A stretch of 64,000 bases of DNA. Source: Octopus sinensis. Lineage: Eukaryota. A program made the position numbers and the translations under genes. This document shows, piece after piece, positions 40,990-51,289 of the stretch. Location: positions 186,186,001 through 186,250,000 of the forward strand of contig NC_042997.1 of assembly GCF_006345805.1 (NCBI RefSeq), written 5' to 3'. Position 1 is the stretch's first letter; each line of letters starts with the position of its first letter. The notes under the pieces are model-generated. The model saw only the letters and a list, made by a program, of their open reading frames with translations, had not been told where the DNA came from and did no database searches.

Positions 40990-41305
40990 CGGAGATGTAC
41001 TTGCATAGCAAGTGATCTGATCTGAAATCGTGTGCTGAAGCAAAAACAACTGCAGCGGGGAAGGTGTTTATAAGCCATTAAAAGAAACTCAAAAATTGTT
41101 AGATTCACTTCAACATTTAAATTTAATTTCCCAAAATATTTTCGTCGCTTTCAGACCACGAGCACGTAATTTTGTCAGTGAACAGGTCGCGGTCTAAAAA
41201 CGACGAAAATATTTTGGCAAATTAGATTTAAGTGTTGAAGTGAATCTAACGACATTTGTGTGTTTTTTAAAGGCTTATAAACACCTTCCACGCTGCACTT
41301 GTTTT
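40990..41305. mobile_element. Inverted-repeat PLE-type terminus (arms ~41050-41158 and ~41185-41300)
   Basis: gcagcggggaaggtgtttataagcc...gaccacga versus tcgcggtct...ggcttataaacaccttccacgctgc; left arm is truncated within the HHR. Confidence 0.75.
41171..41221 (+). ncRNA. Hammerhead-like motif with G3-C8 swapped core
   Basis: TTTGTCA | GTGAACA | G | GTCG(c)..(a)CGAC | GAA | AATATT | T | TGGCAAA. Confidence 0.6.
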
Positions 41306-41367
41306 CATTATAACCCTACATAAAACAAACATTAATACAGATAGAAAGATAGATAGTACATATATAT

Positions 41368-41457
<90 letters not shown>

Positions 41458-41559
41458 GGAGTAAACACATAAATGTGAAACAAGGTGGAAAAAAGAGTAC
41501 TCAAATACCAGTGGTAGAGTAATATGCTTTATTTTAAGCAGCAGAAAATTCAACAAAAT

Positions 41560-41597
41560 CTGTTACCCTGAGTTTCTCGTTGCCGTTCATCAGACAG
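41560..41597 (-). ncRNA. Minimal type I hammerhead (left arm of palindrome)
   Basis: Mirror copy; one change gives a G-U pair in stem III (ACTC-A-GGGT). Confidence 0.75.
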
Positions 41598-41613
41598 TTT
41601 TTGCTAGCAAAAA

Positions 41614-41651
41614 CTGTCTGATGAACGGCAACGAGAAACTCAGAGTAACAG
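41614..41651 (+). ncRNA. Minimal type I hammerhead (right arm of 158-bp palindrome)
   Basis: CTGT | CTGATGA | A-CG-GCAA-CG-A | GAA | ACTC-A-GAGT | A | ACAG; GUA triplet. Confidence 0.8.
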
Positions 41652-41961
41652 ATTTTGTTGAATTTTCTGCTGCTTAAAATAAAGTATATATATATATATA
41701 TAATCGTTTATCTTTTATCTTATTTGTTTCAGTCATTTGACTGCGGCCATGGTAGCGCACCGTCATGAAGAATTTTTAGTCGTATGAATCCACCCCGATG
41801 CTATTTTCTTTTCTTTTTCTTTAAGCCTAGCACTTATTCTTCGCTAAGTTATGTAGACGTAAACAGACCAATACCAGGTGTCAAGCGGTGGTGGGGGATG
41901 AACCCAAACACAAAAGACAGACAGACACACACTCACACACATACAAATACATACATATATA

Positions 41962-42790
41962 TTAGGTCTGATCAATATGTATCCGGACTGTAGCCATAGT
42001 AAGGAGGCTAACGTGCGGAGAGTAAAGCCGCTTGCCAAAGATTGATATTGAATACTGCTGGGCCTGCACAGTAAGTTTTGACATTCTGTCTCACTTCTGC
42101 TGTCTACAGTAGTGCTTGGAAGGAATGTATGTAGCGTGTAATCGTCAAAAAGCTGTCAAGGCAATACCTGCTCAGAGGCCTACGCAAAGTTGCAGAAAGT
42201 GTTTGGAGAGGAGTGTATGAGTCACACACAAGTGTACGAGTGGTTTTCAAGATGGTCGAAAAATTTCCAAGATGACCGAAAAATTTCGATATTGACAAAC
42301 GTTCTGGGTGACCCGCAACCAGCGGAATTGAGGAAAACATCGTAGATGTGCGTGCGGTTGTGAGGGAACATCGTCGAATCACAATCCGTGAGTTATCAGA
42401 GGATGTGCAGATTAGTTACGGTTATGTCTACCAAGTTTGTACCAAAACTGCTTTCAGCTAACCAACAAGACACTTGGGTTTCAGTAGCTCAAGATCTCCT
42501 TGATTGTGTAGAGAACAATGAAAACTTTTTGAAAACCTTGCTAAGGCCTCTGAACAGGTATCGCCAAGCTTTTAGTAGAATTTGATGCAGATTCTCTGCT
42601 CAACTTTCTCTGTCACACGCTACACACCTTCCTTCTAAACACTGTTATAAACATCGGCAGTGAGCTTGAACGTTAAAACTTAGTGCGCATACACAACAAA
42701 GTTCAAGGTTAATCTGTGCAAAACGGCTTTACCCTCCGTACTTTAGCTTCGTTATTATAACAACAGTCCGGATACTTATTGATCATATAC
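41962..42790 (+). mobile_element. Internally deleted mariner transposon
   Basis: Imperfect ~55-bp TIRs (tgatcaatatgtatccggactg / cagtccggatacttattgatca); decayed N-terminal HTH: AYAKLQKVFGEECMSHTQVYEWF, RRITIRELSEDVQIS, KFVPKLLS. Confidence 0.85.
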
Positions 42791-43120
42791 ATACATACAT
42801 ACATACATACATACATACATACATACATGCATGCATGCATACATGCATGCATACACACATACATACATATATACATACATACATGGATGCATGCATACAT
42901 ACATACATACATACATACAGTGAAGGGTCGTTCTTTGTGCTACTTCTGTTTTACATTTGTTTCTCTCGTTGTTTACGTATTGAACGCTTTTGTTTTAGTA
43001 TTTCATGTTGTTTACTGTTGGTGCTGTCCATTACACACACACACATATGCATATATATATATATATATTATTTATATTATTATATATATATATGTACATG
43101 TATAGATACACACACACACA

Positions 43121-43211
<91 letters not shown>

Positions 43212-43298
43212 TGTTGTGTCTGGGGAGAGTCATTCTCTTTTGGTGCCTTATAATTTAACACACCGATAACTTTTCCACTCATTTGCTTCTTTATTTTT

Positions 43299-43335
43299 CT
43301 AAAATTTTCGTTGCGTCTTGCAGCCTTTTCAATAG
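43299..43335 (-). ncRNA. Hammerhead-like motif with U3-A8 core
   Basis: On minus strand: CTA | TTGAAAA | G | GCTGC-AAGAC-GCAAC | GAA | AATT | T | TAG; then a ~90-nt tail into (TA)n at ~43210. Stem I is only 3 bp. Confidence 0.5.
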
Positions 43336-43439
43336 TTTTGAATAGGCTGTGCACTGAGTCAATCCCACTCACTAAGCAACAGCAGCCATAATCCGAAAAG
43401 AAGAACAAGTCAACATCATCGGTAACCACTGAGCCGCAA

Positions 43440-43790
43440 GTTTTATATCGGAGTTATCCCAGTTACCTGAGTTACCTTCTCCTAGAAGGATGCCCTAACA
43501 AAGGCTAGGAGTCCTTCACTCCCAATGGTGTAACCGCACGATCGCGTATTCAGTCCGATTATTTCTATGTCCCCGCGCATGATACAGCCTTAAGACATTT
43601 ATTGGATGGCTGTTGACTCTCAAGAGTTCCTCCGCCCTTTGACGGGCTTTGTTCTTCATCTCGCAGGGTGTCCAATAAACACCCTCCTCGCCAAGCAAGC
43701 TTGGTGGGGTTGCCGGTTTGGTCGCCGACGACCCGACCATGCAACTGGGTTACATGTTACTAGTAGCACTCGAAAGTGACCTGACATAAC
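43440..43790 (-). mobile_element. RTE-type 5'UTR fragment
   Basis: Minus strand aaagcccgtcaaagggcggaggaactc..agtcaacagcc and ggactcctagcc..ttagggca..ctaggagaaggtaactc resemble RTE 5'UTR motifs (recalled, not searched). Confidence 0.5.
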
Positions 43791-44103
43791 ATACATATAT
43801 ACATACATACATACATAATACATATATACACACATATATGTATATACACATATATGTGTGTATGTGTGTGAGTGTGTGTGTGTGTGTCTGTGTTTGTCCC
43901 CACCTCATCACCGTTTGACAACCGCCGTTAGTGTGTTTACGTCCACGTAAAGTAGCGGTTCGGCAAAAGACACCGATAGAATACGTACTAGGCTTCAAAA
44001 AAATGAATAGTCATGGGGTCGATTTGTTTGACTAAAAGACGGTGTTCCAGCATGGCCGCAGTCAAATGACTGAAACAAGTAAAAGTATAAAAGAATATAT
44101 ATG

Positions 44104-44135
<32 letters not shown>

Positions 44136-44145
44136 ATATATATAT

Positions 44146-44468
44146 AAATTTAGCAATTAAGGACAACTACTTAATAAGGAAAACTTAACAAGAAATTGTC
44201 AGGTAGATAGCGTAAAAACCTCATAAGAGAAAAAATTTCGAAAAAAATTATTTCTTATTGAACATATTAATTTATATATAGAGGGCATTATACATACATG
44301 CCAGGAAGCATTGTATATACATGCCAAACGCTAAGAGGGACAATCAGTCATTTCTACCAAAAATATTACTAATCCCACCGAATGCAATTTTTGAAAGTAA
44401 GACATTTAAAAATATAGACCTGTATCACAGTGATTTCATACTTACGTAATCATCAGCAGGCCTGAATG
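44146..44468 (-). mobile_element. Solo, more diverged partial copy of the 480-bp HHR unit
   Basis: Matches the array unit from just upstream of the HHR (44417-44462, -) to the ...ttaattgctaaattt end; flanked by (TA)n on both sides. Confidence 0.9.
44417..44462 (-). ncRNA. Type I hammerhead ribozyme in the solo unit
   Basis: Identical to the array HHR although neighbouring sequence carries several substitutions. Confidence 0.85.
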
Positions 44469-45222
44469 TATATATATATATATATGCACCTAGGCGTAAG
44501 CGTGGCTGTTAGGTAAGAAGCTTGTTTCCTAACCTCATGGTTCCAAGTTGGTTCAGTCCCACTGTGTAACGCCTTGGGCCAAGTATCTTCTACTATAACC
44601 TCAGAAGACCAAAGCCTAGTGAAATAAACCAGTCCTATACATATATATATATATGGGTGTATGTCTTTATGTCTGAGTCCTCCACCACCTCTTCTTGACA
44701 ACCGGCGTTGGTGTGTTAACGTTCGGTAAAATTGACCGATAGAAGTACCAGGTTTAACAAGAAATGAATACTGTGGTCGATTAATACAGCTACAAATTCT
44801 TCAAGGCAGTACCCCCAGCATGGTCGCAATCTAATGACTGAAACAAATGTATAATAAAAAGATACATATTTATATATTTGAGGATACTAAATTATCAGTA
44901 CATTACTCGTTAGAAATCGATAATCTAATACGAAAATTTATCGAGAAAATGTGCATAATTATTAAAAATTATTTGGTTTTTGCCAGATTAGAGTTGTTTT
45001 ATTAAATTAGCAAATATATTCTCGAATACACCACGCAGCCTGTGCACATACACACGCACGCACACACACACACACACACACACATACACACACAAGCACA
45101 CGCACATACACACGCATCCTGTAATATGCGGATGTCTCCAAACACAACATCCGATATCAATGTGTGTGTGAGCGCGCGTGTGAATGTATGTATGTATGTA
45201 TGTATGTATGTATGTATGTATG

Positions 45223-45257
<35 letters not shown>

Positions 45258-45521
45258 CAATTAAGGACAACTACTTAATAAGGAAAACTTAACAAGAAAT
45301 TGTCAGGTAGATAGCGTAAAAACCTCATAAGAGAAAAAATTTCGAAAATAATTATTTCTTATTGAACATATTAATTTATATATAGGGGCATTATACATAC
45401 ATGCCAGGAGGCATTCTACATACACGCCATACGCTAAGAGGGACAATCAGTCATTTCTACCAAAAATATTACTAATCCCACCGAATGCAATTTTTCAAAG
45501 AAAGACATTTAAAAATATATA

Positions 45522-45566
45522 GACCTGTATCACAGTGATTTCATACTTACGTATCATCAGCAGGCC
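45522..45566 (-). ncRNA. Type I hammerhead ribozyme (array unit B; 1-nt deletion next to stem II)
   Basis: Reverse complement of the motif, with gtatcatcag in place of gtaatcatcag. Confidence 0.75.
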
Positions 45567-46000
45567 TGAATATACTATAAATAAACAACGACCCTGCTTC
45601 GCTTAAGCCGATCAGCTAACTGATCAACATCAACGAAGCACATGGGTAGGTTTATATATACTATATCCGGATGAATGGCAAACTTTTACGAATTGCATTC
45701 GGGAGAGGAAAAGTTTTTTCGGAATAAAAATTTAGCAATTAAGGACAACTACTTAATAAGGAAAACTTAACAAGAAATTGTCAGGTAGATAGCGTAAAAA
45801 CCTCATAAGAGAAAAAATTTCGAAAATAATTATTTCTTATTGAACATATTAATTTATATATAGAGGGCATTATACATACATGCCAGGAGGCATTCTACAT
45901 ACACGCCATACGCTAAGAGGGACAATCAGTCATTTCTACCAAAAATATTACTAATCCCACCGAATGCAATTTTTCAAAGAAAGACATTTAAAAATATATA

Positions 46001-46046
46001 GACCTGTATCACAGTGATTTCATACTTACGTAATCATCAGCAGGCC
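46001..46046 (-). ncRNA. Type I hammerhead ribozyme (array unit C)
   Basis: Reverse complement of the unit D motif: gacctgtatcacagtgatttcatacttacgtaatcatcagcaggcc. Confidence 0.88.
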
Positions 46047-46436
46047 TGAATATACTATAAATAAACAACGACCCTGCTTCGCTTAAGCCGATCAGCTAAC
46101 TGATCAACATCAACGAAGCACATGTATGTATAATGCCCTCTATATATAAATTAATATGTTCAATAAGAAATAATTATTTTCGAAATTTTTTCTCTTATGA
46201 GGTTTTTACGCTATCTACCTGACAATTTCTTGTTAAGTTTTCCTTATTAAGTAGTTGTCCTTAATTGCTAAATTTTTATTCCGAAAAAACTTTTCCTCTC
46301 CCGAAATGCAATTCGTAAAAGTTTACCATTCATCCGGATATAGTATATATAAACCTACCCATGTGCTTCGTTGATGTTGATCAGTTAGCTGATCGGCTTA
46401 AGCGAAGCAGGGTCGTTGTTTATTTTAGTATATTCA

Positions 46437-46482
46437 GGCCTGCTGATGATTACGTAAGTATGAAATCACTGTGATACAGGTC
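46437..46482 (+). ncRNA. Type I hammerhead ribozyme (array unit D)
   Basis: GGCCTG | CTGATGA | T-TAC-GTAA-GTA-T | GAA | ATCAC-T-GTGAT | A | CAGGTC: stem I 6 bp, intact core, stem II 3 bp with GUAA (GNRA) loop, palindromic stem III, AUA cleavage triplet (cut after 46476). Confidence 0.88.
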
Positions 46483-46916
46483 TATATATTTTTAAATGTC
46501 TTTCTTTGAAAAATGCATTCGGTGGGATTAGTAATATTTTTGGTAGAAATGACTGATTGTCCCTCTTAGCGTATGGCGTGTATGTAGAATGCCTCCTGGC
46601 ATGTATGTATAATGCCCTCTATATATAAATTAATATGTTCAATAAGAAATAATATTTTTCGAAATTTTTTCTCTTATGAGGTTTTTACGCTATCTACCTG
46701 ACAATTTCTCGTTAAGTTTTCCTTATTAAGTAGTTGTCCTTAATTGCTAAATTTTTATTCCGAAAAAACTTTTCCTCTCCCGAAATGCAATTCGTAAAAG
46801 TTTGCCATTCATCCGGATATAGTATATATAAACCTACCCATGTGCTTCGTTGATGTTGATCAGTTAGCTGATCGGCTTAAGCGAAGCAGGGTCGTTGTTT
46901 ATTTATAGTATATTCA

Positions 46917-46961
46917 GGCCTGCTGTGATTACGTAAGTATGAAATCACTGTGATACAGGTC
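46917..46961 (+). ncRNA. Hammerhead copy with 1-nt core deletion (CTGTGA)
   Basis: Same as unit D but A6 is missing; mutation or long-read indel error. Confidence 0.6.
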
Positions 46962-47392
46962 TATATATTTTTAAATGTCTTTCTTTGAAAAATTGCATTC
47001 GTGTGGGATTAGTAATATTTTTGGAGAAATGACTGATTGTCCCTCTTAGCGTATGGCGTGTATTAGAATGCCTCCTGCATGTATGTATAATGCCCTCTAT
47101 ATATAAATTAATATGTTCAATAAGAAATAATTATTTTCGAAATTTTTTCTCTTATGAGGTTTTTACGCTATCTACCTGACAATTTCTCGTTAAGTTTTCC
47201 TTATTAAGTAGTTGTCCTAATTGCTAAATTTTTATTCCGAAAAAACTTTTCCTCTCCCGAAATGCAATTCGTAAAAGTTTGCCATTCATCCGGATATAGT
47301 ATATATAAACCTACCCATGTGCTTCGTTGATGTTGATCAGTTAGCTGATCGGCTTAAGCGAAGCAGGGTCGTTGTTTATTTTAGTATATTCA

Positions 47393-47438
47393 GGCCTGCT
47401 GATGATTACGTAAGTATGAAATCACTGTGATACAGGTC
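47393..47438 (+). ncRNA. Type I hammerhead ribozyme (array unit F)
   Basis: Identical motif to unit D. Confidence 0.88.
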
Positions 47439-47876
47439 TATATATTTTTAAATGTCTTTCTTTGAAAAATTGCATTCGGTGGGATTATTAGTAATATTTT
47501 TGGTAGAAATGACTGATTGTCCCTCTTAGGCGTATGGCGTGTATGTAGAATGCCTCCTGGCATGTATGTATAATGCCCTCTATATAAAAATTAATATGTT
47601 CAATAAGAAATAATTATTTTCGAAATTTTTTCTCTTATGAGGTTTTTACGCTATCTACCTGACAATTTCTTGTTAAGTTTTCCTTATTAAGTTAGTTGTC
47701 CTAATTGCTAAATTTTATCCGAAAAAACTTTTCCTCTCCCGAAATGCAATTCGTAAAAGTTTGCCATTCATCCGGATATAGTATAATAAACCTACCCATG
47801 TGCTTCGTTGATGTTGATCAGTTAGCTGATCGGCTTAAGCGAAAGGCAGGGTCGTTGTTTATTTATAGTATATTCA

Positions 47877-47922
47877 GGCCTGCTGATGATTACGTAAGTA
47901 TGAAATCACTGTGATACAGGTC
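47877..47922 (+). ncRNA. Type I hammerhead ribozyme (array unit G)
   Basis: Identical motif to unit D. Confidence 0.88.
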
Positions 47923-48353
47923 TCTATATATTTTTAAATGTCTTTCTTTGAAAAATTGCATTCGGTGGATTAGTAATATTTTTGGTAGAAATGACTGATT
48001 GTCCCTCTTAGCGTATGGCGTGTATGTAGAGCCTCCTGGCATGTATGTATAATGCCCTCTATATATAAATTAATATGTTCAATAAGAAATAATTATTTTC
48101 GAAATTTTTTCTCTTATGAGGTTTTTACGCTATCTACCTGACAATTTCTTGTTAAGTTTTCCTTATTAAGTAGTGTCCTTAATTGCTAAATTTTTATTCC
48201 GAAAAAACTTTTCCTCTCCCGAAATGCAATTCGTAAAAGTTTGCCATTCATCCGGATATAGTATATATAAACCTACCCATGTGCTTCGTTGATGTTGATC
48301 AGTTAGCTGATCGGCTTAAGCGAAGCAGGTCGTTGTTATTTATAGTATATTCA

Positions 48354-48399
48354 GGCCTGCTGATGATTACGTAAGTATGAAATCACTGTGATACAGGTC
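48354..48399 (+). ncRNA. Type I hammerhead ribozyme (array unit H)
   Basis: Identical motif to unit D. Confidence 0.88.
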
Positions 48400-48661
48400 T
48401 ATATATTTTTAAATGTCTTTCTTTCTTTGAAAAATGCATTCGGTGGGATAGTAATATTTTTGGTAAAATGACTGATTGTCCCTCTTAGCGTATGGCGTGT
48501 ATGTAGAATGCCTCCTGGCATGTATGTATAATGCCCTCTATATATAAATTATATATTATATATATATATATATATGAATATGTGTATATATACACAACAC
48601 ATACAGACGTATATGTGTGCGTATGCATGTTTATATCTATATACACACGATATATAAATAT

Positions 48662-48715
<54 letters not shown>

Positions 48716-49175
48716 ATATATTATTATACACACACAAATATATTACATTATATCATATTATTGTAAATATATACGTACACACACACATACGTGTGTGTGT
48801 GTGTGTGTGCATTCAGAGTTAATAGTTCAGTCGAACTTACTGCAAGAAGGCAATATAGAATGGGATCATGAAAGGAATATACCCAAGTGAATCCCAATTG
48901 GGAATCATTTGACGCGGAGCGAGAGAATACAGCAATTACATGCAGTAATTCACATGGATAAGCATGCAGTGTTTTTTTTTTTCTTTTTTTTTTTTTTTGC
49001 AATGTTCGCGACGTCTTACGCTTCTAACCTTGGATTTAAGGACAATGGAAATAATATTCGGAAACTATTGGTAAAAGTAGAGAATGCATAGCCATGGATA
49101 TGGCACAAGCATGTGAATTTAAGACTGGCGCTGAACACAAAATAAAAAGACAGCTCAAAAGCAGCCAATGGGAAA

Positions 49176-49573
49176 ATCTTTATATATAAAATTAAGGTTG
49201 TGTGTCTGTCTACTCCGATTTAGATTCCTAACTACTCCCACATTTTGCGGTGCAGTTTAACCAAAAGCGGATATCTTATAGTCGTGATTCATATCGAGCC
49301 CTTGTGGGTATTAGCGAGCGTCTACGATGAGTCTACGATTTTAAACATAATTTACCATCATTTTTTTCCATTTTAATGCATATTTTTTTTAATATAAGGG
49401 AAGAAACTCTCTAAAGATGTCTACGATGAGTCAACGATTTTTAAAAAAGTTTTACCATCATATTTTTTCCATTTTTAATGCATTTTTTTGCTAATTTTTG
49501 GCTATAACTCTCTAAAAATGCTTTATAGTTATTTCCCTTACAAACCCGAGCAACGCCGGGCGATACTGCTAGT
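49176..49573 (-). mobile_element. Helitron-like element, subfamily 1
   Basis: Reverse-complement homologue. Confidence 0.6.
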
Positions 49574-49917
49574 AAAATACAAACATTATGGTTATAGTTG
49601 TCTGTCTCTGATTTGGGATGGTAGCAGTGTGGATGAGAAAAAGATGTAGAAGGATAATAATGTAACTATGCTGTGTTTGAAAGGAACTCGTATATTCAGC
49701 ATTAGCATGAGAGTCGCTTGGTGCCGCCGGAGAGTGTACTGCAATCAGAAGTTTCTTGTTGATAGCCGAAGAAAGGAGTGTCTCGTAATTCAAACAATGT
49801 GTAGAATATTCTTAGTTTTACATTAATTACTGTCTTCTCCGAATCATCGCTTTCAGTCACCAACAATACCACCGTCACTCCATTTGATAGCCATTGCGAA
49901 TAGCAACACTAATGTAT

Positions 49918-50150
49918 ATTTCTTTACTACCCACAAGGGGCTAAACACAGAGGGGACAAACAAGGACAGACAAACAGATTAAGTCGATTATATCGAACCC
50001 AGTACGTAACTGGTACTTAATTTATCGACCCCGAAAGGATGAAAGGCAAAGTCGACCTCGGCGGAATTTGAACTCAGAACGTAACGGCAGACGAAATATG
50101 GCTACGCATTTCGCCCGGCGTGCTAACGTTTCTGCCAGCTCGCCGCCTTC
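49918..50150 (-). mobile_element. SINE family B, full length
   Basis: Homology to family B. Confidence 0.92.
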
Positions 50151-50864
50151 GGCTATCATACTGCGTGTTGCCATCTGTTGGCGCGTTACAGAACTAGTCC
50201 GGCGCGTTACAGAAACCACCTCGTATGTGTTGTAGGTACTAATGAGGCCCTTATTTTTACGCTTTCTAACCGATTTGTTACTATACTGTTAGAAACACAA
50301 ACACTACAGTATGCTTCCCTTCGTAATTATCTAGTGTAATCATCAAGCTAGGTGGCAGGATTTTGCACTTCGCGCCATTTATTTTAATGCTTTGTTATTT
50401 ATATGATTTGAGTAAGTGTTTAGAGAATATGTTAAGTTGTAAAAGATACGGATATTAGGGTTGTATCATCAGTACATCTAATATCTATGAAGAGAAAACA
50501 TCAGTATATACAAGACTTTCGACATCGTCTTTCAATTCACTCGCAAGAAATTCTAGGAAGTTGAGGCAAAGGGTGTGAGATGCAATTAGTCGATTTAATG
50601 TTAGACCTCGTGGAGACACTGTTGATGTCATATTCGTAGTCAGACAGATAATTGAAAAAGCACAAGATCACCAAGTGCCTTCGCACTTCAGAGTTACCGA
50701 TTTTAACGCTACCATTGATACCATCTGGCGAAAGGCCTTACTCACAGCAATAGGTGTAAACTCCCGGATAATGCGTATTTTAGAGTCGCTATACTGTAAC
50801 ACCGTGTGCGGTGTTACGATCATAGATGGTCAGCTGAAAGATTAGTTTTAATTTAGTGTACGAA

Positions 50865-50950
<86 letters not shown>

Positions 50951-51212
50951 CACAGGAGTGGCTGTGTGGTAAGTAGCTTGCTTACTGACCACATGGTTCC
51001 GGGTTCAGTCCCACTGTGTGACAACTTGTACTATAGCCTCGGGCAGACCAAAACCATGTGAGTTGATTTGGTAGGCAGAAGCTGAAAGAAGCCCGTTGTA
51101 TATATACATATGTGTGTGTGTATGTATATATGTATGTATGTATGTTTGTATGTATGTATATGTATATATGTGTGTGAGTGTAGAGAGATAAAGAGAAAGA
51201 AAAGAAAGATAA

Positions 51213-51289
<77 letters not shown>

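Larger units (their letters stand above)
41455..41684. mobile_element. Short PLE-type HHR element with inverted partial duplication
   Basis: 41527-41684 is a palindrome centred on gctagc with one mismatch; the minus copy continues to ...tgtgtttactccgg then (TA)n; same family as 60011-60177. Confidence 0.8.
45255..48550. repeat. Tandem array of ~478-484 bp units, each with a type I hammerhead ribozyme (retrozyme / PLE-LTR-like); ~1.8 units in one orientation (45255-46124), then ~5 units inverted (46121-48550)
   Basis: Near-identical units; HHR starts at 46437, 46917, 47393, 47877, 48354 (+) and spans 45522-45566, 46001-46046 (-); spacing 476-484 bp; both outer ends abut (TA)n. Confidence 0.95.
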
